Shown here piece by piece: positions 18,013 through 32,090 of a DNA stretch of 58,034 nt. The position numbers and the translations under genes are program-made. How positions within the stretch are numbered: the stretch's first letter is position 1; every line of letters begins with the position of its first letter. The notes below the pieces were generated by a model. That model made no database searches, was not told the origin of the DNA, and worked only from the letters and a program-made list of their open reading frames with translations. Source of the DNA: Eledone cirrhosa. Its lineage: Eukaryota. Location of the stretch: assembly GCA_964016885.1 (NCBI GenBank), contig CAXHJY010000587.1, positions 1 to 58,034 of the forward strand. Direction: 5' to 3'.

Positions 18013-18213
18013 TTGCAGTGATTATGTCTACTATCTAACAATGTCTCTAATTAATGTTTTCCTTCCATTTATCATTTCTTGCTAAATGAAACGAAAACAA
18101 TTCTAAGTCCTCCGTTATTCTCAAAGGAATGAAGTTCACCCTTCATTCTACAATACATTTCACATTTTCCCTTTGTTATGCTGCCTAAAACCCCTCAACT
18201 CCGTCTCTCTACC

Positions 18214-18282
<69 letters not shown>

Positions 18283-18370
18283 TCTCTCTCTCTCTCTCTC
18301 TCTCTTCCTTTCTTTCTCTCTCTCCATATATATGTATATATATATCACTCTCTCTCTTTCTCTTTATATA

Positions 18371-18417
<47 letters not shown>

Positions 18418-18434
18418 GTATATATGTATATATA

Positions 18435-18485
<51 letters not shown>

Positions 18486-18519
18486 TTATATATATGTATA
18501 TATATATGTATGTATATAC

Positions 18520-18552
<33 letters not shown>

Positions 18553-18556
18553 TGTA

Positions 18557-18618
<62 letters not shown>

Positions 18619-18628
18619 TGTATATATG

Positions 18629-18659
<31 letters not shown>

Positions 18660-18691
18660 TGTATATATATATATATATATGTATATTTATA

Positions 18692-18734
<43 letters not shown>

Positions 18735-18799
18735 TTATATATTTATATATATATATATATATATATGTATATTTATATATATATATATATATATATGTA

Positions 18800-18853
<54 letters not shown>

Positions 18854-18916
18854 GGTATAGGTAGAGAGAGAGAGAGACTGATAGATAGATAAATAGATCG
18901 ATCGATGTTTACCTAA

Positions 18917-19013
<97 letters not shown>

Positions 19014-19131
19014 AATATGTATATACATATATATGTATATATTCATACATATACACATATATACATATACAGATGTATATATAGATATATACATATACAG
19101 ATATATATATAGATATATACATACACACACA

Positions 19132-19191
<60 letters not shown>

Positions 19192-19296
19192 GAGAAAGAG
19201 AGAGAGATAGTGAGAGAATGAATGAGAGAGAAAGGGAGGGAGTGTGAGAGAATGAATGTAGAGAAAGAAAGAGAGAGAGACAATGGCTGCCTGACT

Positions 19297-19348
<52 letters not shown>

Positions 19349-19699
19349 TATACATACATAGGGGAACAAAAACAGTAACAATATTATCAACTAGCAATGT
19401 GATATTCCGAATTTCGACTATCGATATCAGTTATAAATCCCATGAAAGTATAAACTGGAGTAAACTGTATTTAAACTGGAACAAATTAGATGTTTGTATT
19501 AGTGGACAACGGTTTGTCTAACCTCTAAACATAGACATCTAAACTCTACACATGTTTCCTATATACACACATCCCCACACATTCCCCCCTTCCCATCACT
19601 CCCAATTCAAGCAATCGATATGCCCTAATGAACAGATTCAGGAGCCCGACGGCTGAGCTCCAGTCGTTTCGACAGCTAGATCCGAAATATATATATATA

Positions 19700-19912
19700 T
19701 ATGAAATATAAGAATCAAAGAACTGTTCAAAACATGTTTATGCTTACAACTGTTTCCTCCAAACCGAGGTTTGGATTCTTCGGTACTTAACTTACTGGTA
19801 ATAAGGTAGTAATATATTACTGCCTACCACTATTTAGGGTTTGTATAAAAATATATATAAATACAAAAAGTTTTCGTATTTACATAACCATAAATAGTAT
19901 AATTAATACTAT
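19700..19912. mobile_element. Penelope-like module, family E, inverted junction form
   Basis: A minus-strand hammerhead CCGAAGA-A-UCCAAAC..GUUUGGA-G-GAAA-CAGUUGU-A (19740-19783) is joined to a plus-strand tail matching 29212-29327. Confidence 0.7.
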
Positions 19913-19924
19913 ATATATATATAA

Positions 19925-21124
<1,200 letters not shown>

Positions 21125-21126
<2 letters not shown>

Positions 21127-21246
21127 TTTATCTCGGGTTGAATCGGGGGTAACCACAGTAAGTAAGGTACTCAATTCAAAGCAGATTATTCTGAGATTTC
21201 TGAGTCTTTCGCCCGAATGAAACAGTTCTAGTCCTGTAGAAGCTCT

Positions 21247-21256
<10 letters not shown>
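21125..21256. mobile_element. Family B module
   Basis: Homologous to 13548-13685. Confidence 0.7.
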
Positions 21257-21281
<25 letters not shown>

Positions 21282-21333
21282 CAAATTTTATATTTAATTT
21301 GTTGGGATTCAACATTTATAAAACAAATTTTGT

Positions 21334-21396
21334 ATTTTATCTGATGAAAGCGCACCAAAATTTGCCTTGGTTGCCCTGAAATATATATAATAAAAT
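21334..21396 (+). ncRNA. Type I hammerhead motif (family J)
   Basis: Stem I AUUUUAU/AUAAAAU, CUGAUGA 21341-21347, stem II with CCAA/UUGG, GAAA 21378-21381, stem III AUAUAUAU, AUA triplet. Confidence 0.75.
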
Positions 21397-21718
21397 AATT
21401 ATAGTTTTATAAATAAAGTTTCCAATGCACTGGGTAATTGCTGGCCTTGTGCCTAAAGTAGAAACAATTAATATCTTGTATATATACACTAGCAGAAAAA
21501 CCATGCCACGGGTGGTTTTCTGCTGACATGGGTAATATGCATATTGATATTATACACATGTATGCAGATATGATATGTCAAATAAAATCGTAATTGACAA
21601 TATGCACAGAAATTGAAGAGAGACTTCGTTACACGGTCTTCTGTAATCAGTAAAGTAATCCATGATACATTTAAAAAAGACGATATTATATATAAACTGC
21701 ATTACGGTGAAATGTAAT

Positions 21719-22066
21719 TATTTCTACTTTAGGCACAAGGCCAGCAATTACCCAGTGCGTTACTGGTACTTTATTTTATCGACCCCGTGAGGATGAAAGG
21801 CAAAGTCAACCTCGGCGGGATTTGAACTCAGAATGGCAAGGGCCGTAACTCTATGCGTCAAAGCATGGCGTCAGACACTCTACCGATACTGCCAATCCAT
21901 AATTGTTTCTACTTTTTGCACAAGGCCAGCAATTACCCTAATACATTACTGGTACTTTATTTTATCGACCCCCGTAAGGATGAAAGGCAAAGTCAACCTC
22001 GGCGGGATTTGAACTCAGATCGTAAAGGGACGTAACTATGCTGAAAAGCATGGCGTCCGACACTCT
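21719..22066 (-). mobile_element. SINE family 1 dimer with 12-bp TSD
   Basis: Two tandem units flanked by GTGAAATGTAAT at 21707-21718 and 22067-22078. Confidence 0.88.
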
Positions 22067-22246
22067 GTGAAATGTAATGAACAGGGAAAAGGAGAAAATT
22101 AGCGACAGAATTATAAATGTTGATATAACAATGCAAATATTTGAACGTTTATATAAGCGATATGTGATATAGCGTATGTCATATCATAACCGGAAGTTGA
22201 CATTTGAAAATTTTAAAAGAAGTGAATCTTAAAATAAGCAATCATT

Positions 22247-22632
22247 ACGGTGAATTGGCAGTATCGGAAGAGGGTCGGACATGCTTTCTAGCATAGTTAC
22301 GTCCCTTTACGATCTGAGTTCAAATCCCGCCGAGGTTAACTTTGCCTTTCATCCATACAGAGGTCGATAAAATAAAGTACCAGTAATGTATTAGGGTAAT
22401 TGATGGCCTTGTGCCAAAAGTAGAAACAATTATATATAAGAATAGGGCGGTGGATTGGCAGTATCGGTAAAGGGTCTGACGCCATGCTTTGACGCATAGA
22501 GTTACGGCCCTTGCCATTCTGAGATCAAATCCCGCCGAGGTTAACTTTGCCTTTCATCCTTACGGGGTCGATAAAATAAAGTACCAGTAATGCACTGGGT
22601 TATCGCTGGCCTTGTGCCAAAAGTAGAAACAA
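22247..22632 (+). mobile_element. SINE family 1, two tandem copies
   Basis: The second copy is flanked by duplicated ATTATATATAAGAATA (about 22428-22444 and 22632-22647). Confidence 0.88.
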
Positions 22633-22857
22633 TTATATATAAGAATATTTATGTTTATTCAACAACGCCGATATTGAGTACATACATTATGTAATATTCA
22701 CTCAATATTTATTCAACGTAATCCAACTTATTTTTACTAACGGGACTAAAAAATATAAAACGGCCGCAGTCCCGCACTCCTCGCTTTATTATAGTATCGA
22801 TATTACATTCAAAGTGATGGATGTCATGATTGAGATAATCTCAAACATGTGTGTATA

Positions 22858-22911
<54 letters not shown>

Positions 22912-22912
<1 letters not shown>

Positions 22913-23121
22913 GAAGGAAGTGTGGTAAGGAACCAGATGGACCATAACGCAGCAGTGTATTCAATACTTAGCGTAGCAGAATGTGTAATAGGAAAATGTT
23001 TAACCCCGACGGCAGAGCTCAAGCCGTATCGACGGCTATTTCTGGACTAACAACTTTTTTAGTCCAGAAATAGCCGTCGAAACGGCTTGAGTTCTACCCT
23101 CGGGGTTAAACATCTTCCTAT
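22912..23121. mobile_element. Family C module with hairpin 22988-23121
   Basis: About 63-bp inverted arms around loop 23051-23058; the left arm extends as the family tail. Confidence 0.8.
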
Positions 23122-23252
23122 ATATATATATAACACCTCCAGCAACAGTTTTCAAAGAGATTGCAACATGAATGGACCTGTTATTTATGTCTAAAATTGT
23201 TTTTCCAATTCCGCCCTGCCGTTCCCCTCAATCTATCTTATTTCTCATTCTT

Positions 23253-23287
23253 TCTCTGATGAAGGACTAGAGTTCGAAACGTTAAGA
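23253..23287 (+). ncRNA. Minimal type I hammerhead (family A module, about 23133-23375)
   Basis: UCU-CUGAUGA-A-GGAC-UAGA-GUUC-GAAA-CGUU-A-AGA with palindromic AACGUU stem III; homologous copy on the - strand at 37365-37399. Confidence 0.8.
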
Positions 23288-23397
23288 CCCTCTTCCTGCT
23301 ATATCAAGCGTTAACCTAATATATTCCTTCCATATACTCTACCGATAATGTTGTTATTTCTGTTTACCTTTTATATACATACATACATATACATACA

Positions 23398-23457
<60 letters not shown>

Positions 23458-23461
<4 letters not shown>

Positions 23462-23622
23462 AAAATGTTCATGACCCCGACTGCATTTCTGGACTATTCA
23501 GAAATAGCCGTCGAAACGGCTTGAGCTCTGCCGTCGGGCTCTTGATCATTTTCCTATTACCCACTCTACAACCCTAAGTATTGAGTACACTGGTGCGTTA
23601 TGATCCACCTGGTTCCTTACCT
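23458..23622 (+). mobile_element. Family C module with short inverted 5' arm
   Basis: GAAA 23513-23516, stem III ACGGC/GCCGU, GUC 23533-23535; AGGAAAATG at the left mirrors CATTTTCCT. Confidence 0.7.
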
Positions 23623-23892
23623 ACATATATATATATGGAATGTAACGTACAGTTACTGTAGGTTCACCAGTAACTATCAATATACATATACATATTATGT
23701 ATATATATACATATATATACATATACATTTATATATATATATACATATGTAAATATGTATATAGATATACATATTATGTATATTTATGTATCTATATATA
23801 TATATATATATATATAGATATATATATATCTATATATATATGCGTGTGTGTGTTTATATATATATTCTCATATATATATAATTATATTTGTA

Positions 23893-23990
23893 ATAGTAGT
23901 GGTAGTAGTAGTAGTAGTAGTACCAGTAGTAGCAAAAGCAGTAGTAGTAGTAGTATTAGCAGTAGTAGCAACAGCAGTAGTATTAGTAGC

Positions 23991-24028
<38 letters not shown>

Positions 24029-24528
24029 CAGTAGTAGTAGTAGCAGTAGTAGTAGCAGTAGCAGTAGTAGTAGTAGCAGTAGTAGCAGTAGTAGTAGCAG
24101 TAGTAGTAGCAGCAGTAGCAGTAGTAGCAGTAGTAGCAGTAGTAGCAGTAGTAGCAGTAGTAGTAGCAGCAGTAGTAGTAGCAGTAGTAGTAGTAGCAGC
24201 AGTAGCAGTAGTAGCAGTAGTAGTAGCAGCAGCAGTAGTAGCAGTAGTAGCAGTAGTAGCCATAGCAGTAGTAGTAGCAGCAGTAGTAGTAGCAGTAGTA
24301 GCAGTAGCAGTAGTAGCAGTAGTAGTAGCAGCAGTAGTAGTAGCAGTAGTAGCAGCAGCAGTAGTAGCAGTAGTAGCAGCAGCAGTAGTAGCAGTAGTAG
24401 CAGTAGTAGTAGCAGTAGTAGCAGTAGCAGTAGCAGCAGTAGTAGTAGCAGTAGTAGCAGCAGCAGTAGTAGCAGTAGTAGCAGTAGTAGCCATAGCAGT
24501 AGTAGTAGCAGCAGTAGTAGCAGTAGTG
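23893..24528. repeat. (TAG/CAG)n trinucleotide array
   Basis: Directly visible. Confidence 0.98.
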
Positions 24529-24817
24529 TCATGCACTTTACTAAATCTCTGATAATGCACTACCAACTCATTGCTATGGCTTCACAGATATATCTCTCCT
24601 GAAGACGTAATGGCGGCGGTGGTGGAGTAGGATAATGAGAGAGAGGTGATGGGGGTGGAGTAGGGTGGGGGTGAAGTGGGAGAGGGAGGGGTGGTGAAGT
24701 GGAATAAAGAGAGAGAGAGAGAGTGAGAGTAGGAGGGTTGGGGGGGGGGGGGGGGATTTATTTGTTGTTGTTTTGTTTTTTTCTTTTCTTTTCATATTTC
24801 ATTATCATTTATCTCAT

Positions 24818-25810
24818 AATGATGGCATTGGTGATCACATGATAACGATGGTGATGATGATGGTGATGATGGTGATGGTGATGGTGATAATGGTGGTGAT
24901 GGTGGTGGTGATGGTGATGATGATGGTGATGATGATGGTGATGATGATGGTGATGATGGTGATGGTGGTGATGGTGATGGTGGTGGTGATGGTGATGATG
25001 ATGGTGATGATGATGGTGATGATGGTGATGGTGATGATGGTGATGATGGTGATGATGGTGATGATGATGGTGATGATGGTGATGATGATGGTGATGATGG
25101 TGATGATGATGGTGATGATGATGGTGATGATGGTGATGGTGGTGATGGTGATGGTGATGGTGATGATGGTGGTGATGATGGTGATGATGGTGGTGATGAT
25201 GATGATGGTGGTGATGATGGTGGTGATGATGATGATGGTGGTGATGATGGTGGTGATCGTGATGTTGGTGATGATGCTGCCATTGGTGATCACATGATAA
25301 CGATGGTGGTGATGATGGTGATGATGATGATGGTGATGGTGATGGTTATGATGGTGAATATGATGGTGGTGGTAATTGTGATGTTGGTGATGATGATGCC
25401 ATTGGTGATCACATGATAACGATGATGATGGTGATGGTGATGATGGTGCTGATGATGATGATGATGATGATGGTGGTGGTGATGATGGTGATGATGATGG
25501 TGATGATGATGATGGTGCTGATGATGGTGATGATGATGATGGTGGTGGTGATGATGGTGATGATGATGATGGTGGTGGTGATGATGGTGATGATGATGAT
25601 GGTGGTGGTGATGATGGTGGTGATGGTGATGGTAATTGTGATGGTGGTGGTGATGATGGTGATGATGATGATGATAATGATGATGATGATGATGGTAATT
25701 GTGATGTTGATGATGATGATGATGATGATGGTGATGGTAATTGTGATGTTGGTGATGATGATGCTGATGGTGATGACATGATAACGATGAGGATGATTAT
25801 GATGGTGATG
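24818..25810. repeat. (GAT/GGT)n array with higher-order units
   Basis: CATTGGTGATCACATGATAACGATG punctuates the array near 24826, 25281 and 25400. Confidence 0.95.
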
Positions 25811-25909
25811 TTAAAGTACCAGTAATGCACTGGGGTCAATTTATTCGACTTGCTCCTCTCCCCAAATTGCTGGCCTTGTGCCTAAATCAGAAACCATTAT
25901 TATTGTTAT

Positions 25910-26043
25910 TAGTAGTAGTAGCAGCAGCAGCAGCAGCAGTAGCAGTAGTAGTAGTAGTAGTAGCAGCAGTAGTAGTAGCAATAGTAGCAGTAGTAGTAGC
26001 AGTAGCAGTGGTAGTGGTAGTGGTGGTAGTAGTGGTAGTAGTG

Positions 26044-26109
<66 letters not shown>

Positions 26110-26130
26110 TTTGTAGTAGTAGTAGTAGTG
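25910..26130. repeat. (TAG/CAG)n array following a SINE 3' fragment (25812-25897)
   Basis: Directly visible. Confidence 0.95.
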
Positions 26131-26329
26131 TTATTGTTGTCATTATGATTATTAAATATTGCCAAAGTAAACATTGGCAACATGTAATAGTGCTTTCAGT
26201 TCATTCACTGTTCATACCATAAAGTACCAGTGACATACTGGACTTGCTTTAAGCAACTTTCTATAACCCACTAATTAACTGGCCTTGTGCCAGAATTAGC
26301 AAACGATAGCTACAGCATGATGTCAGGTC

Positions 26330-26718
26330 ACTCTTGAGTGATACTGGTAGCATGTAACCGAGTACAACCTGTCACGTGGTCGGGTCCTCGGCGACTAAAC
26401 CGGCAACCCCACCAAGTTTATTTGGTGAGGAGGAGGATTTGGGACACCCTGCAGGACGAAAAACAAAACCTGACAAAGGGTGAAAGAACTCATAAGAGTC
26501 AATGGCCATATAAAAAAAAAATCCTGTCAAATCAATAGGTGGCAGTAGTTCCAGCTGCACACATCGAAAGACTGGTGTAGTGGTTCTGAAAACAATGCGG
26601 CTTTGCAGATGATCAATGCAAATTGACAATGGACAGGTGCTCCCGCTTGAATTAGAAGAGAGCTATTGACCTTCAGGAGAGGCAGTGCCCCCTGATTGTA
26701 TTCAGCAGCGGTAACCAT
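26330..26718 (+). mobile_element. Possible RTE 5'-UTR-like/SINE remnant
   Basis: GC-richer island with GGCAACCCCACC and GTGGCAGTAGTTCCAGC motifs recalled from RTE-related repeats; single copy here. Confidence 0.3.
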
Positions 26719-26719
26719 A

Positions 26720-26913
26720 TAATTGTTTCTACGTTTGGCACAAGGCCAGCAATTATCCCAGTGTATTACTGGTGCTTTATTTTATCGACCTCGAACGGAT
26801 GAAAGGCAAAGTTAACCTCGGCGGGATTTGAACTCAGACTATAAAGCGCTATAACTCATTGCTGCAAAGCATGGCGTCAGACCCTCTACCGATACTGCCA
26901 ATCCACCGCCCTT
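26720..26913 (-). mobile_element. SINE family 1, full length
   Basis: Complete head, body and tail match to the other copies. Confidence 0.88.
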
Positions 26914-26927
26914 ATAAATAGCTACTG

Positions 26928-27114
26928 CAGGTTTTCCCAGACTTTTTCAAACGCGGGACCCTTTTTTGGTCAGAAACTATACAGTATTAACCACACAGTC
27001 TAATACTGTTATATGGCCGTAATATAAATATACTCCTCTACCTTTTTTCACAGACTCCCATACACTCGTTTGCAGAACCCTTGGGTTCTTCGGTACATAC
27101 TTTTGGAACCACTG
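26928..27114. mobile_element. hAT (Charlie-like) MITE
   Basis: Termini CAGGTTTTCCCAGACTT and TTTTGGAACCACTG; right flank ACCTAGAG; TSD not conserved. Confidence 0.5.
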
Positions 27115-27125
27115 ACCTAGAGTGA

Positions 27126-27292
27126 AGGCGCATGGCTTAGTGGTTAGAGCATTGGGCTTGCAATCGAAAGAGTGTGAGTTCAATTCTCGGCCCATGTGAT
27201 GTGTTGTTTCCTTGAGCAAGACACTTTATTTCAAGTTGCTCCAGTTTACTCAGCTGTAAACATGAGATGATAGGACTGGGGCCCCTATCATT
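27126..27292 (+). mobile_element. tRNA-derived SINE family 2 (5' part)
   Basis: A box TGGCTTAGTGG, B box GAGTTCAATTC, CORE-like CCTTGAGCAAGACACTT; homolog at 31115-31282. Confidence 0.8.
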
Positions 27293-28072
27293 AAATTACC
27301 CAAGACACCTCCAACGACATATACCTTGGAGGAGGCCAGCTAAATCTGCATAGGTGTGAGTTGTCACACACACACTGATCTAGACTAAGGAATTGGCAAA
27401 ATCCGTAGAGCATCGTACAACATGCTCTGTGGTATTTTGTTCGGAGTTTAAAACAACGCAATGTAACTCATATCTTGACATCAAATCCTGTATACACTTC
27501 TTTGTAACCCTCTGATCATTGTATTTCCCTGCACAAAATTTAATAAAACCTAACGTAGGCCCCAAACATTTCACCATAGTTACAAACTATCAGGATTCCT
27601 TTTCATTCCCTGCATATGTCCATTTAATTTCAGGTTAATTGAAATTTCGGTGATCATTCGCTTGCTACGTTTGAGAGTAATTTTCATTAACACTAATTAC
27701 TTTCCTTCTCATTATGTTTGTAATTTCAGCTGATTGAAAGCTAATTTTTGTTTCCCATATTAACAAAATGGTAGCCAGCGAGTAACTATATATTTTCGTG
27801 CGGATGATAACCTTAAATCAATTTTCTAATGTCAGTATTTAGTTCATATTACAGAATTTCATTCAGTGATCATTGAGAATACTAATTAAAAATAATTATG
27901 CGGTGAGGAAAAAATATTAATCAACAAATAATATTATTTTTAATTAACCCTGGAATGGAATAATCAGTTGAAATGTTCAGTTCAATAAATGTTTTACACC
28001 AACAAATATATAAAGAGAAATACTTGAAGCAGAAAAACATATAAACACACCACATTCCAGCTTACTTTCTTA

Positions 28073-28107
<35 letters not shown>

Positions 28108-28195
28108 TACACACACATATATATATACACAGACACACACACATATATATACAAACACACACACACACACACATATATACACACACACACACATA

Positions 28196-28229
<34 letters not shown>

Positions 28230-28404
28230 CACACACACATACATATATATATATACACACACACACACATATATATATACACACATATATATATATATAC
28301 ACACACATATATATATACACACACACATATATATATACACACACACATATATACACACATATATACACACACACACACATATATATACACACACACACAT
28401 ATAT

Positions 28405-28463
<59 letters not shown>

Positions 28464-28525
28464 AAAAGTGTCAGGACCCCGACAGCTGAGCTCCGGCCGT
28501 TTCGACAGCTATGTATATATATTTA

Positions 28526-28556
<31 letters not shown>

Positions 28557-28567
<11 letters not shown>

Positions 28568-29327
28568 TACATGAATCAAAGTTCAGTTTAAATCATTTAT
28601 TTGCTTACAATTGTTTCCTCCAAACCGAGGTTTGGATTCTTCGGAGCAATTATTTAGTGATTTTTTACATACTTGACCTCCTTTTCAACACAAGAGACAT
28701 ATAGAAACATATGTATATATTGACCCACAGTGGGTGACATCCATTATAATAATATAGCATGGCAATTTACATACAAAGATTACGGTCATATTAAAGGACA
28801 AAATTAAAGTTAAAATTAAAATTAAAATAAAACATTGGCAGTTTACGAAAATTAAAATAAAACATTGGCAGTTTATCTTCGTAAACTGCCAATGTTTTAT
28901 TTTAATTTTAATTTTAACTTTAATTTTGTCCTTTAATATGACCGTAATCTTTGTATGTAAATTGCCATGCTATATTATTATAATGGATGTCACCCACTGT
29001 GGGTCAATATATACATATGTCTCTATATGTCTCTTGTGTTGAAAAGGAGGTCAAGTATGTAAAAAATCACTAAATAATTGCTCCGAAGACACCAAACCTT
29101 GGTTTGGAGGAAACAATTGTAAGCAAATAAATGATTTAAACTGAACTTTGTTTCATGTAATTTCTATATAACTGCTCTGTAAAACAACTGATGTTACATT
29201 GAGCTATTTATCTTACTGGTAATAAGATAGTAATGAATTACTCTCTTTCACTATTTAGGGTTTAAAATATATATGACTATAAAAGGCTTTAGTATATACA
29301 TAACCATAAATAGTATCCTTAATACTG
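28557..29327 (+). mobile_element. Family E module: 614-bp hairpin (28557-29170) plus 3' tail
   Basis: About 292-bp near-perfect arms; loop 28850-28877; hammerhead motifs in both arms (28601-28649 on -, 29078-29126 on +). Confidence 0.85.
28601..28649 (-). ncRNA. Hammerhead motif, CCGAAGA (U4C) variant
   Basis: UUGCU-CCGAAGA-A-UCCAAAC-CUCG-GUUUGGA-G-GAAA-CAAUUGU-A-AGCAA. Confidence 0.7.
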
Positions 29328-29331
29328 TAAA

Positions 29332-29796
29332 TATATATATATAAAACAGAGAATGTCTGTCTGTCTGTCTGTCTGACTCCGTAAAACTCGAGAACCATCC
29401 AACCGATTGTTTTCAAACTTTACACAAGTAATAATTATGGTCCTGTGAGTGTTTTGAGCTAAAGTAATTTCAAATGTTCAATGCCCTAGGGACCGCATTA
29501 GGCGATTTAGCGTTCTCTCTCTATAATTCTTAGTCTTTCTTTTTAGATAGATACATAGATATAACGTTGCGCCCTTATAATATCTGTATGTATGTCTGTT
29601 GTCTGCTCTACGACATTATGACGTTATACGTGTGTATGTGTATATATGTATATATAGTGTGTGTGTATATATATATATATAGTGTGTAGCGTTTTTCGAA
29701 ATATTTACTTCTGCGTTCACAGATTGATTTTAGTTTCAGAAGATCCCGTTAAGGGTGAAAGCAGCGATTCTCTGCTTAAACTTTAATCTGTTATTT

Positions 29797-29840
<44 letters not shown>

Positions 29841-29979
29841 GTGTACAGATATTTTTGCATACACAATAACAAAATATAAACAAATGTATTTATTTCACGA
29901 GGCTCAATAAGGATAAATATATATCAAATATATAGGAACCGTAGAGCAAATCCTGAGCAACGCCGGGCCATTCTGCTAG
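29332..29979 (+). mobile_element. Non-autonomous Helitron
   Basis: 5' (AT)n-AAAA then (TGTC)n; 3' CCTGAGCAACGCCGGG hairpin followed by CCATTCTG-CTAG|T; 5' TC not resolved. Confidence 0.7.
29732..29782 (+). ncRNA. Hammerhead-like motif, CAGAAGA (U4A) variant
   Basis: AGUUU-CAGAAGA-U-CCC-GUUAA-GGG-U-GAAA-GCAG..CUGC-UU-AAACU; second copy on - strand at about 50750-50798. Confidence 0.6.
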
Positions 29980-30703
29980 TATTTATATATAGTAGCCGAT
30001 GGCAAATTTCACCCTAATTTATAATCTATTTTATAGCATCTCTGCGCATGAGCACTCTATTCTTTACATATATATATACATATATATATATATATGCATG
30101 TGTGTGTATGTGTGTGTGTGTCCGTCCGTGTGTGTATGTACGTGTGTGTGTGTGTGTGTTTGTGTTCGTGTGTGTGTGTGTTTGTGTTCTTGTGTGTGCG
30201 TGTGTGTATGTGTCCGTGTGTGTGTGCGTGCGTGTGTGTGCGTGTGTGTGCGTGTGTGTGCGTGTGTGTCTGTGGGGGTGGGGTGGGGGGGTCTGAGTGT
30301 ATGTGTCAATTAAAAAGTCATTTATCTCTAATACTTAGACAGCTCGATGATTGGATAAAATATACAGATGAAATATTTCACTCAGAATTTATTTAACATA
30401 TCAGACTTATGAGAAAATATTAATTTAAGGGGTCTATATGTCAGACCAACTGTAATAAGTTATCCATGTCTACAAATAGTGGTTTACAGACATTGTATAT
30501 CTCTCTCTCACTCTCTCTGTATATATATATACACACACACACACACACGCACACACGCACATATATATATATAGTGAGTAATATTAAATATTACCCAGTT
30601 ACAAGTGTGAAAATAGCTAGATGTAATATAACAAGCATAATACAGAGCCGAAAATATATATATATATATATTACCACCTGTATTTTAGAGGTTTCCAAAA
30701 GAC

Positions 30704-30769
<66 letters not shown>

Positions 30770-30961
30770 ATATAAGATCAAAAGATGGTTTAAAGAGTTC
30801 CATGTATTTTATTATGCGCATTTCAAAAACAAATATCATCATGGGAGTATATCTGCGTTCGCAGATAAAATAGGGAGACATGATATGAAGCTTAAAAAAT
30901 ACTTGCGAGCAGTGAAGTGTTAAATCAACATATTATATATATATATATATATATATACATT

Positions 30962-31282
30962 TCATTTTACGTCCACTTTTCCCTGCTTGCAAGGGTGGGA
31001 CGGGAACTGATTTTGGCTTGATTTCTACAGCTGGATGCCCTTCCTAACACCAACCTCATTTACAGTGAGTGCTGGGTGCTTTTTTGCCGTGGCACCTCCA
31101 CGACCACTTTGCAGTCGAATGATAGGGACCCCAGTCCCTATCATCTCATTTCTACAGTAAACTGGAGCAATGTGAAATAAAGTGACTTGCTCAAGGAAAC
31201 AACACATCACCCGGTCTGAGAATTGAACTCACAACCTTTCGATTGCAAGGCCAATGCTCTAACCACTAAGCCATGTGCCTCC
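30962..31282 (-). mobile_element. Composite SINE family 2 (tRNA head, CORE-like, V-domain-like, RTE-like tail)
   Basis: The minus strand has a tRNA head, GTTGGTGTTAGGAAGGGCATCCAGCTGTAGAA (V-domain-like) and tail GGAAAAGTGGACGTAAAATGA. Confidence 0.7.
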
Positions 31283-31687
31283 ATATATCTCTTATATATA
31301 TATATATGTCTTGCGTTTGCGTTACACGGGGCTTCATTATTAAATTTTGACAATCTCTTATATATATATACGTATACATGTGGCAGAAATACAGACACAA
31401 ACATACATAACATTGCCTACAGAGATCATACAGAAACATAAATGCAAGTAGATACATGAACATACATCATACATATACATATAAATACGTATTCACTTGA
31501 CAGAAATACACACACACAAACATATAACACTGGCCACACAGGAACACCGTACACAAATAATAAATAACACATGTACATGCATACATATACACACATGATG
31601 GCTGCCCGCTCGTTATCGAGCATGACTATAAACACATACATATATATACATACATGCATGCACATACATAAATGTATACATACATAA

Positions 31688-32090
31688 ATGGTGGCTGCCA
31701 ACTCGTTTTCGAGTACGGCCACTACTTTATATCCATGTAGGAGAACCCCTACCGATGCTCTGAACGAGTGTGACTTTTTAGTCCAGCCAGCGACTTGAAA
31801 ACTCTGGTACAAACACTACACTTGTGACAATTATTGACACATAGTGCTGGGCCCATGGTACCATGTGACGACAAGTGCAGAGAGATCTCCAGATATAAAG
31901 CAATGCCTGTGCCGTGAAGCTTTTATAGTGAGCAAAGGCACTGCACAAAGCCAGTCCCACTCTCTTAACCAAGATGATATTTACCAAAAAGAAGAACAAG
32001 TCAACATCATTGGATACCATCAGGGTTGCAGGTGTTATATCAGAGTTTTCCTTCTCCTAGAATTCTGCCTTGACAAAGGCTAAGGGTCAT
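31688..32090 (-). mobile_element. Bipartite RTE-derived element, copy 3
   Basis: Reverse complement of 10411-10842 with the same 5' start, lacking the full 36-bp duplication. Confidence 0.7.

Noticed and set aside
21488-21522. Third Helitron 3' end
   Set aside because: CTAG plus a hairpin is present, but no matching 5' terminus could be located.
27126-27200. tRNA gene
   Set aside because: A and B boxes are present but there is no complete cloverleaf, and the sequence continues into a SINE body.
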